A DNA stretch of 64,000 nt, taken from contig OY970175.1 in the NCBI GenBank assembly GCA_963707865.1, positions 396,305 to 460,304 on the forward strand, in the 5' to 3' direction. The position numbers and the translations under genes were made by a program. Of this stretch, positions 1 to 9,323 are shown piece after piece. Numbering within the stretch: the stretch's first letter is position 1; each line of letters starts with the position of its first letter. Source of the stretch: an uncultured bacterium. Lineage in GTDB: Bacteria; Patescibacteriota; Minisyncoccia; UBA6257; 2-01-FULL-56-20. Under the pieces are notes generated by a model that was given only the letters and a program-made list of their open reading frames with translations, was not told where the DNA came from and did no database searches.

Positions 1-2
1 GC

Positions 3-680
3 GGCGGCGTAGATTACGCGAAGGGCGTCGGCGGCCGGGCGAACTACGGCGGCGACGTGAACGACACACGCACCGACGACGAGTACAAGGAATTCCTCCG
101 CAAGAGCATCGTGAACGCGCTTGCGGTCGCGAAGGACGACGTCCATGTCTTTTATTACTGCGACGCCTCGTACGTGTGGTTGCTGCAAACGCTCTACCGT
201 GAACTTGGCATTGACTACAAGCGCACGTGCCTCTGGATTAAAAACGGACTCGGGCTCACGCCGGGCATCGCGTTTAACAAGGGGTATGAGCCGTGCGTGT
301 ACGGGGTCAGGGGCCGGCCGCCGATCACGAAGGGCATTGAGAACCTCTCCGAGATCATGAACAAGGAGATCGGCACGGGCAACCGCACGCTGGACGACAT
401 CCTTGACAGTCTGGAAATATGGTTGGCAAAACGATTGCCGGGCAGCGAATATTTTCACGCCACTTCCAAGCCGCCGACGCTTCATGAACGCGCGATTCGC
501 CGTTGCACGAAGCCCGGCGACATCATTTTGGACAGTTTTTGCGGCAGCGGCAGCACGTTGATCGCCGCCCACCAACTGAAACGCCGGGTCTATACGGTCG
601 AACTTGAACCTGTCTTCTGCGACCTCACGATCGCGCGGTTTGAAAAACTCACGAACCTCCATGCCAAAAAACTCAATTAA
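3..680 (+). CDS. DNA N4/N6 methyltransferase (5'-truncated by window edge)
   Basis: HATSKP motif and SAM-binding ILDSFCGSGST; frame is open back to the window start. Confidence 0.85.
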   Translation, partial: GGVDYAKGVGGRANYGGDVNDTRTDDEYKEFLRKSIVNALAVAKDDVHVFYYCDASYVWLLQTLYRELGIDYKRTCLWIKNGLGLTPGIAFNKGYEPCVYGVRGRPPITKGIENLSEIMNKEIGTGNRTLDDILDSLEIWLAKRLPGSEYFHATSKPPTLHERAIRRCTKPGDIILDSFCGSGSTLIAAHQLKRRVYTVELEPVFCDLTIARFEKLTNLHAKKLN

Positions 681-1437
681 GAAAATTCAATACGGGGATA
701 TGTTCCGTATCGGGAACCACGTGCTCGCGTGCGCGGACGCGCGGGATGCCGCGTTCATCGATCGCTTCGTCGGTACGCGGAAAATCAAGCTCGTGTGCTG
801 CGATGTACCCTACTCCGTAAATTACGCGGAAGCGAAAGCGGGCTTCGCAAAAATCAGGGTGGCGAAAGATATCCTGAACGACGACCTCGGCTCAGAGAGC
901 GAATATTCCCATTTCACGCAGGAATGGCTCGCCGCGATCGTGCCGTATCTCGAGCGCAAGAACGCGATATATATCTTCAACAGCGACAAGATGCTCTTCG
1001 CGCTCCGCGACGGCATGGAGCGCGCGGGCATCCATTTCTCACAGCTTCTCATCTGGTTGAAAAGTAATAGCGTGATCGGCCGGAAGGATTATCTCCCCGC
1101 TCACGAGTTGATCGCTTACGGTTGGTTCGGAACGCATGACTTCAAGAAGGCGAAAGACAAGACGCTCTTGTACTGCCCGCGCCCCAGCCGCAGCCCCTTG
1201 CATCCGACGCAAAAACCGGTGCCGCTTATCCGCCGTTTGATTTTGAACAGCACCGACATCGACGATGTTGTGTACGACGGGTTCGCGGGATCGGGTACAT
1301 CGGGCATCGCCGCAGAGCAAACGAAACGGTCGAGCATCCTGATTGAGCGCGACGAGCAGTATGTCGCCACGATCATTGCGCGATTCCAAAAACTTTTTGG
1401 CCTTGCGGCCGAACGCATCAACCATGAAACGAGATAA
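661..1437 (+). CDS. DNA N4/N6 methyltransferase, phage type
   Basis: DVPY catalytic motif, HPTQKP, VYDGFAGSGTS; ATG at 661 overlaps the previous gene. Confidence 0.88.
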   Translation: MPKNSIKKIQYGDMFRIGNHVLACADARDAAFIDRFVGTRKIKLVCCDVPYSVNYAEAKAGFAKIRVAKDILNDDLGSESEYSHFTQEWLAAIVPYLERKNAIYIFNSDKMLFALRDGMERAGIHFSQLLIWLKSNSVIGRKDYLPAHELIAYGWFGTHDFKKAKDKTLLYCPRPSRSPLHPTQKPVPLIRRLILNSTDIDDVVYDGFAGSGTSGIAAEQTKRSSILIERDEQYVATIIARFQKLFGLAAERINHETR

Positions 1438-1891
1438 AGACCAACAGCTCATTCTGGCGCAGCTCCGCAAGATCCCAATCGTGGAGGTCGCTTGCGAGAA
1501 AGTAAAGATCGCGACGAGCACCTATTATCGATGGAGGGAAGATTTGGAATTCGCGGCGGCGGCCGATGCGGCGATGCGGGACGGCAGGCTTTTTATCAAC
1601 GATCTCAGCGAGGCACAAGTGGTGACCCTTATCAAAGAGAAAAGCTGGCCGGCTATATCCTTCTGGTTGCGTGCGAATCACCCGCGTTACGCGCACCGGC
1701 TGGAGCTGGAGGGCCGCATTGAGCATGTGGAGAAACGGGCAATGACGGCGGAGGACAAGGCGCTGATTGAAAAATCGTTGAGGCTCGCCATGCCGAGCGA
1801 AAAAAGCACCCAGGAAACCGCGAAAAGGCCGGAGGAAAAATCAACGCCGCCCGACGGCGATACCACCACACATGAACCCCAACAACCTTAA
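1424..1891 (+). CDS. HTH protein, probable terminase small subunit
   Basis: IVEVACEKVKIATSTYYRW helix-turn-helix; overlaps the start of the large terminase. Confidence 0.7.
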   Translation: MKRDKDQQLILAQLRKIPIVEVACEKVKIATSTYYRWREDLEFAAAADAAMRDGRLFINDLSEAQVVTLIKEKSWPAISFWLRANHPRYAHRLELEGRIEHVEKRAMTAEDKALIEKSLRLAMPSEKSTQETAKRPEEKSTPPDGDTTTHEPQQP

Positions 1892-3500
1892 CAAAGAGGA
1901 GCAGGAGGCATTCATCCAACGGATGATTGAGGACGAGACGTTCCGCCGCGCAGCGACCGCGGGAAGCCTCTTCTGGTTCATGCGCTGCTACCTTCCGCGC
2001 CACGCCACGATCGGCACGGCAGATTTTCAGAAAGAGATTCTCACCCTGCTTGAACAGAATATCCCGGGCATCACGGCGTTTGCGGCATTCAGGGAGGCAG
2101 GCAAAAGCACCATGCTGCGGGCGCACGCCATCCACCAGATCGTGACCGGCAAAAGGCATTTCGTCCTCATCGGCAGCAAGACCGAACGACAGTCGCAAGA
2201 CCACCTGAAGAGCATCAAGCGGGAATTTGAGGACCCCACGAACATCCTCCTCCAGAACGACCTCGGCCCGTTTCGCGAAGAAAGCGACGAATGGGGCAAG
2301 TGCATCGTGATCCCGCGCTACGACGCGAAGATTGCCGCGGTCTCCGTCGAGCAGACCGTGCGAGGTATCCATTACCGGCAGTACCGCCCGGATTTGATCC
2401 AGCTCGACGATATAGAAGACCTCAATTCCATCAGGTCCAAGGAGGCGACGGATAAGATCCATGAGTGGCTGGAGCGGGACGTGATCGCGGGGGGATCCAA
2501 GAATGCGCGCATCGTGATCACGAGCAACCTGCTCGCGGAGGACTCGGTTCTCACCCGCATCCGCAAGGACATTGAGGCGGGCAAGCGCGACGGCGTCTTT
2601 CACAGTTATCCTTTAATTGACGAGGAGGGAAAGGTGGCGTGGTCGGAGAAATTCCCCACGCCGGAGTCATTGGAGCAGGAGAAGCGGCGGCACACGGAAC
2701 TCGCATGGAAACAGGAATATCTCCTCCTGCCCGTGACGGACGATGAGCCCGTCGTGAGGAAGGAATGGCTGAAGTATTACCACGACCTGCCGAAGCCGGA
2801 TGACTATCCCCCGCACCGCCTCCGCCTTGTCGCGGTGGATCCGGCTTTTTCGGACAAGGAGCACGCCGATTGCACGGCAATCGTCACTGCGGATGTCTAT
2901 GGCTACGGCGACCAGCGGAAGATTTACATCCGCCGGGACCCCGTCAACAAGCGAGGGCTCTCCGTCAAGGAGATTGCCGAGTTCGCGAAGGCGTTATGCG
3001 ACGAGGCGATCAGCATGGGCCGTCAGGCGGAGGTCGTGGTGGAAACGGTCGGCGCACAGATGATCCTTCTTGAGACGATGCGGGACGCGGGCATCGTGCG
3101 CGTGCACGGGTTCAACCCCGGCAATCAGGACAAGCGGCTTCGGCTCTCCGTCGCGGGCTACACCGTGCAGCTGGGGCAGGTCCATTTCGCCGACGACGAG
3201 GCCGACGGCCCGCTCCTCCGCCAGATCCTCAACTTTGGATCAGGGCACGATGATTTGGCCGATGCCTTCAGCATGCTGATCCTCAAGCTGACCGAAATGG
3301 ATGCCAAAGCGCACGTCACCGTTCCGCGCCCTTATGCATTGATGCCAACACCTTCGCCCGACCTCACGAACCCCGACGTGCTCAAGGCCGAGATAAAGAA
3401 GCTGGATCAGCAAGCCATGGCGGACTCGGAATACGAGCGGAGCGGGTACAACCCCAAGTTCCGGAAAAAGGCCGACGGCGGGGGGAAATTAACGTTTTAA
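1872..3500 (+). CDS. terL: Terminase large subunit
   Basis: AFREAGKST Walker A-like, DLIQLDDIED Walker B, VAVDPA and HDDLADA nuclease motifs. Confidence 0.85.
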   Translation: MNPNNLNKEEQEAFIQRMIEDETFRRAATAGSLFWFMRCYLPRHATIGTADFQKEILTLLEQNIPGITAFAAFREAGKSTMLRAHAIHQIVTGKRHFVLIGSKTERQSQDHLKSIKREFEDPTNILLQNDLGPFREESDEWGKCIVIPRYDAKIAAVSVEQTVRGIHYRQYRPDLIQLDDIEDLNSIRSKEATDKIHEWLERDVIAGGSKNARIVITSNLLAEDSVLTRIRKDIEAGKRDGVFHSYPLIDEEGKVAWSEKFPTPESLEQEKRRHTELAWKQEYLLLPVTDDEPVVRKEWLKYYHDLPKPDDYPPHRLRLVAVDPAFSDKEHADCTAIVTADVYGYGDQRKIYIRRDPVNKRGLSVKEIAEFAKALCDEAISMGRQAEVVVETVGAQMILLETMRDAGIVRVHGFNPGNQDKRLRLSVAGYTVQLGQVHFADDEADGPLLRQILNFGSGHDDLADAFSMLILKLTEMDAKAHVTVPRPYALMPTPSPDLTNPDVLKAEIKKLDQQAMADSEYERSGYNPKFRKKADGGGKLTF

Positions 3501-3504
3501 GGAG

Positions 3505-3816
3505 ATGATTTGCGCTCTTTGCGAAGAAAAGGGTTTGAAAAGCAAGGTGGTCTTGGATTGCTGCTCTTCGTACGACGAGAATGATTATTTTTCGGGAGGA
3601 AAGTATGGGCGGTGGGCAATCGGAGAACAATATTATGATACGGACGGAAAATTTCACAATCACCACCTTGCGAGATTCTGGGTGGGCGGCTGTTGCTCGA
3701 ACGGGCACAACATCATGATCCGAGAATCAACCAAGTGCCCGAGCTGCGATGACGGCGAAGGGGTAGTCATAAAGTTTTACGAACCAGCGCCTAGTGAAGA
3801 CATCGGAAGGTGGTGA
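3505..3816 (+). CDS. Small Cys/His-rich hypothetical protein
   Basis: CALC, CCSNGH and CPSC motifs; AGGAG just upstream. Confidence 0.6.
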   Translation: MICALCEEKGLKSKVVLDCCSSYDENDYFSGGKYGRWAIGEQYYDTDGKFHNHHLARFWVGGCCSNGHNIMIRESTKCPSCDDGEGVVIKFYEPAPSEDIGRW

Positions 3817-3875
3817 ATAAAGGCGGACGTCCCCTCTGGGTGGGCAGAAATCACCAGCTTCTTAAAAACAAAAAA

Positions 3876-4388
3876 ATGGCGAATGTAAATAATGCAATAA
3901 AAACCAAGCTTGATATACTGAAAGAGATGTATGCGGAACACCGCGTAACAAGATATTTCAAGGAATGTAGAAGTGTTGAGGATAAAAAGGGGTTTCCGTC
4001 GGAAGTCCGATGGAGTGCATTTCTTGATTTCTTATGCGATAAAACATCTTATAAAGTTTTATGGAAATACCGCCTATGGAAAAAGATGACGAAAGAATTA
4101 TCTGATGAAAGACGGAATGTTTTGGATCGCCTCATAAAAACTTGTATCCCGAAATATCTTGCCGTTGATATGAGCAAAGTTAGTCCACCGGCAACAGGGA
4201 AAGATGAAAGAGAGAGCCGAGTAATAGAAATTACTCCCGATGGAAACGATATGGCATCTATACCAGATTTCTATTTTTCTAGATTGCCCGAAAAATATCC
4301 GAGTTATGGTAAGGTATTGTCGGGTATAACTGGTATTATAATACTTATAATTGGTTTTCTTATTGGCATGTTGTCGAAATCGTTATGA
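3876..4388 (+). CDS. Hypothetical protein with C-terminal TM helix
   Basis: AT-rich ORF ending in hydrophobic GIIILIIGFLIGML. Confidence 0.6.
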   Translation: MANVNNAIKTKLDILKEMYAEHRVTRYFKECRSVEDKKGFPSEVRWSAFLDFLCDKTSYKVLWKYRLWKKMTKELSDERRNVLDRLIKTCIPKYLAVDMSKVSPPATGKDERESRVIEITPDGNDMASIPDFYFSRLPEKYPSYGKVLSGITGIIILIIGFLIGMLSKSL

Positions 4389-4397
4389 GCAAGCAGA

Positions 4398-5984
4398 TTA
4401 AGGGCTCGTCACGGGAACGAAGGTTTCAGTGAAAGCACAGTTCACAACGGAGCTCGTGGGTACGCCATCGCTGCTGTGGCAAAAACCGTTATTGAGTGGA
4501 GTGTAGTTCGCGAGCGGAGAGATGTTTACGCCATAGACCATGTTTGGGACAATGAACACCTGCGTGCCTGACGCATTTCCGGGGAACGAGGAAATGCTCG
4601 GATTGCTCCCGATGATCGTCACTGTAAAATTGGAAGGTGATGCCGTCCCGCCCTGCGAGTTGTCAACCGCCACCGAAACGTTCAAGATGCTTGTATTGTT
4701 GGTTGGCATAACGAGAGCGGGAACCGATTGATTGCTTGATGCGGGCGAGTTCAAAAATGATTCAGCAACATCCGATGGCGTCGCAAAGGAAATTCCCGTT
4801 ACATTAATATCCAGTCCCAAGGTATCGGCCAATTCATTGATACCAACGACGTTTCCGTATTGATCCACGAGCGGCCCGCCGCTGTCTCCCGGGTTTATTA
4901 GCGCCGAGGTTTGCAACAATTCTCCAAGCTCTGAAAATCCCGCAACGGTCCTTCGGGCGGTTACAATCCCCGCCTCGACCTCAAGCGTCTGGTCGGTATC
5001 GCAGGTTCTGGGAAACCCGAAAGAAACGACGCTTGCGCCGAGCGGCAAACTTGCATCGCTTGAATTTCCGAAAGAAACTACCGGCAATCCGCCTCTCGCA
5101 ACTTGCAAAAGCGCCAAATCCCTGGTCGGATCTTCCTGCTGGATAGTGGCCGGGACCACCATGCCATCGTTGAAATAGACGTTGATGCTGCCCGCTCCGG
5201 TTATCACGTGGTCGTCCGTCAGAATGCCTCCGCCGCCTTGGACAACCATGCCGCTGCCGCACCCAAAATCAGTGCGAATCAAGACGACCGAGGGAGAAAG
5301 CTTCGCCACGATTTGCGCCGTTGTCAGGACTGTACCTGATTGGGAAGTCGTAGGAGAGCCGGGTCGTATCGTTATCGCCCCGGGGAACGTGAATTGACCG
5401 CCGTCAGGATTTTTCACGGTGACATCGTAAAGACCCGGGTTGAATCCTGACGGATATTGAGCCGAAATCAACGTTGGGGTAATGGAGCCCATTATTTGAA
5501 GGCCGGTATTTCCCAGCGTCACCTCCGCGTCACTTTCAAAGCCGGAACCGTTAATGGAGATGGTATTCTGATAACCTGCAATCATAATCGTCGGGTTTAC
5601 GAAAGTTATGACGGGAGCGTTGCTCGAGGCGTTTTGGAGCGCCGTCACTTGCTTTTGAAGCGTCGTTATTTGGGTGGCGGCGCCGGCAGAACTCTTTTTT
5701 GAGGATTGGACTGGCGCCGATTTTAACTGTTGTATTTCTGCTTCAAGCTCGTTGATACGCACATCAACCGTATCGCTTGCAGTTGTCGTGGCTGATTGAG
5801 CGGACGATGAGGATTGTATAATAAGAGATTGCTCAAATTGGTTTGCTTTTGCCTGAACCGCTGCGTTGATTTGGTTTTGTTCATAGCTCCGCAACGCGAT
5901 GACGCCACGATAACCACCATAACTAGTGGATAGGACTAGGAAAGTAATGATGACGACTTTATAGCTTTGCCAGAATGCGTTCAT
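4398..5984 (-). CDS. Membrane-anchored trypsin-like (S1C/HtrA-like) serine protease with coiled coil and IPT/TIG-like domain
   Basis: N-terminal TM; triad motifs ILTDDHVI, DLALL and INPGDSGGPL; no PDZ recognised. Confidence 0.85.
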   Translation of the reverse strand: MNAFWQSYKVVIITFLVLSTSYGGYRGVIALRSYEQNQINAAVQAKANQFEQSLIIQSSSSAQSATTTASDTVDVRINELEAEIQQLKSAPVQSSKKSSAGAATQITTLQKQVTALQNASSNAPVITFVNPTIMIAGYQNTISINGSGFESDAEVTLGNTGLQIMGSITPTLISAQYPSGFNPGLYDVTVKNPDGGQFTFPGAITIRPGSPTTSQSGTVLTTAQIVAKLSPSVVLIRTDFGCGSGMVVQGGGGILTDDHVITGAGSINVYFNDGMVVPATIQQEDPTRDLALLQVARGGLPVVSFGNSSDASLPLGASVVSFGFPRTCDTDQTLEVEAGIVTARRTVAGFSELGELLQTSALINPGDSGGPLVDQYGNVVGINELADTLGLDINVTGISFATPSDVAESFLNSPASSNQSVPALVMPTNNTSILNVSVAVDNSQGGTASPSNFTVTIIGSNPSISSFPGNASGTQVFIVPNMVYGVNISPLANYTPLNNGFCHSSDGVPTSSVVNCAFTETFVPVTSP

Positions 5985-6007
5985 GGCAGTTGCATAGTCG
6001 TTAGTCG

Positions 6008-7063
6008 TTAATAGTAATCCTCTACAGTCACTGTGTAATGAACGTTGTTTGCATCAAGATCTAGGTAATATTGACCTGGATCTTGCGAGTAAACGTAAGA
6101 AGTATTACTTGTCGGACAATTAACTATCTCCGCGAATACGTTGCCACCACCGCCGGTTGCGGAATCAACAATACCGTTAAAATTCGAATAGGAAACGCTG
6201 CTGTCCGACACGGTACAGCTATAATTTATCCGCCACTCGCTGCCCTGCATAGAAAAAGGAGGTGTTTGAATGCCGATATTATTGTTGTAAGTGTATGCCG
6301 TGTGCCAACTTTTCGGTGTTGGAGGAGGCGCTTGAGGAGTGGGAGTTTGAGTTGTCGCCGCTTGAGTCTGCGTCGAAGCAGGCTGCCTTGGCGAGGTGAT
6401 TTTAGCTGGAGCGTTTCCATCGCCGCTCGCGGGCAGATTTGCCTGAATCAACGAACAGTTTGAGAGCATCGGACTGCCCAAAATATAATTATTAATTTCG
6501 CCCTGTACCACGATCTGATCCCCATGTTGTAACGCGGATAACTGACTCTCCTGACCTTGGGCGAATGCACACTGGACGCTGTTGAAGCTATCTAGGCTCG
6601 CCTTTATAACAATGTAGGGGTTTCCAAGGATGTCTTTGTTGACCGAATCAAGTAGTCCGTTTACTTGGAGCACCGGGCCCTTATATTTGTTGTCTGCGGC
6701 CACTTGATTACTACCGTAGTCCGCGATAAGTTGCGCCGCCGAAACATCAATTGGTTGTGGGTTGGCTTGTTGACTGGACACCATCGCTGGCGTGTTGTTA
6801 TTTTGCGACCCGCCACTTACCGCGCCGATGATAATGAGAAAAGCGACGACTACGATCGCGATCGTCACAATGGGATGTCGGTTCGGCCAGCTTTTCGGCT
6901 TTACCACCGCCTCCGCGCTTTTATTTTGTTCTTCCATGAATGTTTTTGCTGATCTTCTATTTTTTTCGACTTGTTCCACTTTTTTCCTTTGCGCATACTT
7001 CTGCAATCCCTGCCCAAGAGCTATCAGAAAAATGCCGACCAAGATAATGTAAAAAAAAGTCAT
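6008..7063 (-). CDS. Membrane protein with OB-fold (tRNA_anti-like) extracellular domain
   Basis: Two TM segments; VSAAQLIADYGSNQVAADNKYKG pattern; Pro/Thr linker. Confidence 0.7.
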   Translation of the reverse strand: MTFFYIILVGIFLIALGQGLQKYAQRKKVEQVEKNRRSAKTFMEEQNKSAEAVVKPKSWPNRHPIVTIAIVVVAFLIIIGAVSGGSQNNNTPAMVSSQQANPQPIDVSAAQLIADYGSNQVAADNKYKGPVLQVNGLLDSVNKDILGNPYIVIKASLDSFNSVQCAFAQGQESQLSALQHGDQIVVQGEINNYILGSPMLSNCSLIQANLPASGDGNAPAKITSPRQPASTQTQAATTQTPTPQAPPPTPKSWHTAYTYNNNIGIQTPPFSMQGSEWRINYSCTVSDSSVSYSNFNGIVDSATGGGGNVFAEIVNCPTSNTSYVYSQDPGQYYLDLDANNVHYTVTVEDYY

Positions 7064-7314
7064 TGAGTTTTGTCTCCCGCCTGTTTCTCCCGCTCCATAA
7101 TAAGCGTGATAACTTTTTCCTTTTTACCAAGGAGGGCAAGTGGCAGGAAGAGCCCGCCAAGGCAACACGTCTTACCCGCATCCCAACCTTGGTCCGTAAC
7201 CTCCTTACTCTTTATCTCCCAACCCTCATTCGCCAATTCATCAATTGCTTTTGCCATCCTCGCCCTGCCCTCAATGGTTTCTGGGAAAACGAGCGTCTTA
7301 TATTCCTTTGCCAT
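7060..7314 (-). CDS. Small hypothetical protein
   Basis: 84-aa ORF overlapping the next gene by 4 nt. Confidence 0.65.
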   Translation of the reverse strand: MAKEYKTLVFPETIEGRARMAKAIDELANEGWEIKSKEVTDQGWDAGKTCCLGGLFLPLALLGKKEKVITLIMEREKQAGDKTQ

Positions 7315-7321
7315 GTTATTT

Positions 7322-7552
7322 TTATGTTTTTATTCCTATGCGCCGCGCATTGATCGGATTACAGCTTAAAAGCCGGTAGCCGATACGAAACGATGCCGTT
7401 ATAAAGTTGTGATTTTCAAGACAATGAATCGCGTAATGGGAACAGCTCTGCTCGAACAAGCATCTCACTCCCATCTTCTGAAGCTGGGGAGAAATATCCT
7501 TTTGATATTTTCGGATCAAACCGATAAAGAATGAATTTATAGTATTGGGCAT
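7322..7552 (-). CDS. yidD: YidD-like membrane protein insertion efficiency factor
   Basis: LIRKYQKDISP...CLFEQSCSHYA...RLLSCNP matches the three-Cys YidD pattern. Confidence 0.75.
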   Translation of the reverse strand: MPNTINSFFIGLIRKYQKDISPQLQKMGVRCLFEQSCSHYAIHCLENHNFITASFRIGYRLLSCNPINARRIGIKT

Positions 7553-7565
7553 TTGAGTAATGATG

Positions 7566-7889
7566 CTATTGAGGATAGAGGTGATAACAATCGTCCTTTG
7601 CGTTTTGCAGTCGGTTATCCAAAAGATTTGCCATGGCGACAGTGAGCTTACAATTCACGGATTTGTATTCATTCAGGCATTCATTATTCCAGTCGCTGAC
7701 GTAGTTACTCTGCGCCGTTGAGAGGCAGTCCGCCAGCTCGGTTTGTTTGTCGGTTGAACTACTTGATCCAGCGCCCACGATTGCTACAATCACCACCACG
7801 ACAATAACCAGTCCGACAATCACGAGTATTGAGATGCCACATCCTTTTGCAAATTGATTCCCCGTGGACGGATTAGTCTTTGCTTCCAT
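7566..7889 (-). CDS. Single-TM membrane protein
   Basis: Long hydrophobic helix followed by a small Cys-containing domain. Confidence 0.65.
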   Translation of the reverse strand: MEAKTNPSTGNQFAKGCGISILVIVGLVIVVVVIVAIVGAGSSSSTDKQTELADCLSTAQSNYVSDWNNECLNEYKSVNCKLTVAMANLLDNRLQNAKDDCYHLYPQ

Positions 7890-7898
7890 GGGGTAAGG

Positions 7899-8810
7899 TT
7901 ATTTTGGATACTTAAAGCACCACATGGTAACCGTGCCGCATGGTTCGGGAGGAGTGCCAGTCAGCCATGTAACGCCGTTCGGCAAGTTTCCCGTGTAGCT
8001 GGACAGCATGGTTGATTGCGACGGATTTTCAAAGACGATGTCGATAGCTATTATGCTGCCGCTTGCGTTCGCCCCATAATAGTAGGGGTAGTCCGTACCA
8101 GCGAGCGGGTCGTTCTCAAGACTTACTGCGGGATCCGCAGCAATCAACGTCCTTTCCAAATCCGACCACGAAGCAACTCCTGTGGGAAAGTTACCGTTTT
8201 TCTGATTATAGAGTTCGAGGCCATCAACAATCTGCGTGTAATCCGCCCCCCGCTGTTCATCGCGCCAATTACTGCCCACGGGTAGCTCCAAGCCCTGCAT
8301 GTCCGTGACCATCCAATAATTCCCGCTCTGTTTAGTGAGAATCACGTTGACGTTATAATGGTAATCGCCGACTTGTAAGACCGCGGGGACGGCCGCAGTA
8401 GCGCCAGTCACTCTTATCTGATTCGCCGGAAGGGCGAATATACCATTCAGAATCTCTCCAACGTAGGTAGTGTTGCTGTCGCCGCTAATGTACTGATAGA
8501 AACTTTGCTCGATTGTCATTATTGTAGAACTCTGCTGGCTGTCCAACCCTACTCGTCCCAAAATAGATGAGAAATTCGGAAGTGCCAACGCGTTGCTGGC
8601 AACTCTCGGCCACATCGCATTTGCAATCGCATTTTGGTCGAGGTATTGAGATGCGGCGGCCGTGTTATGCGCGGCGATTGCGAGTTGCAATTGCTTCAAG
8701 GAATACTCGGGCGTTCCCTCCTGCTGATTCCGATAAACAATGTAGGCGCCAATGCCTACGCAGAGAAGAACCACGACTGAAACCGAAATGATAATTATTT
8801 TTTTCTTCAT
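7899..8810 (-). CDS. Secreted/membrane protein with C-terminal pilin/GspG-like domain
   Basis: MKKKIIII signal anchor at 8810; RDEQRGADYTQIVDGLELYNQKNGNFP resembles the pilin/pseudopilin helix. Confidence 0.65.
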   Translation of the reverse strand: MKKKIIIISVSVVVLLCVGIGAYIVYRNQQEGTPEYSLKQLQLAIAAHNTAAASQYLDQNAIANAMWPRVASNALALPNFSSILGRVGLDSQQSSTIMTIEQSFYQYISGDSNTTYVGEILNGIFALPANQIRVTGATAAVPAVLQVGDYHYNVNVILTKQSGNYWMVTDMQGLELPVGSNWRDEQRGADYTQIVDGLELYNQKNGNFPTGVASWSDLERTLIAADPAVSLENDPLAGTDYPYYYGANASGSIIAIDIVFENPSQSTMLSSYTGNLPNGVTWLTGTPPEPCGTVTMWCFKYPK

Positions 8811-8819
8811 AAGAATTAT

Positions 8820-9030
8820 TTTTATTTTTGCTGAACAAAAATCGGCCTTTGCTGGCCGAGGTTTTAAAATTACTGAACCCCGCTCCAGCACGAGCCTTGC
8901 GGCTCCATAACTCTTTCGAGCTATGACCCATAGGAGGTTGCTGAACGCGGGGTTCAGTATCTCCTATGGGGTTTTGAGCCATGCCAAGCGATGTTTGGTT
9001 TAGGCTATACAATCCGATATTGAATTGTTA
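8820..9030 (-). ncRNA. Structured 5' leader of the membrane-protein operon (candidate switch/attenuator)
   Basis: Perfect stems 8927-8936/8961-8970 and 8871-8883/8947-8959, two GNRA-loop hairpins and a terminator-like hairpin; -10 TATAGT at 9036-9041 (minus strand). Confidence 0.55.
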
Positions 9031-9171
9031 AGAAAACTATACCGCTTGCGACCTTTCCCGTCCAACCCTAGCTTAGATCGTAGGCGTTGCGAAGGGGGAA
9101 GTTATCAACTTGCCTCATTCGGCATTTCGTCGCCCCGTAATGAAGCACGTTCCTAACGATTCTCAAAAAAC

Positions 9172-9201
9172 TTGACAAATGTGGTGTTATTATGTTAAAC
9201 T
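9172..9201 (+). promoter_or_regulatory. Sigma70 promoter of the DGR target gene
   Basis: TTGACA-N18-TAAACT with extended TG. Confidence 0.65.
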
Positions 9202-9323
9202 TACAGCGTTCCTTAACAATGGAAAATTCAAGGTTTCCAGTGAAATGAGGCGAGCGTTGGGGAAGGCAATCAATGTGGCTTCTCGAACACTCGCCTCATA
9301 ACCTGAGCGGGTAGAAATGGAGG

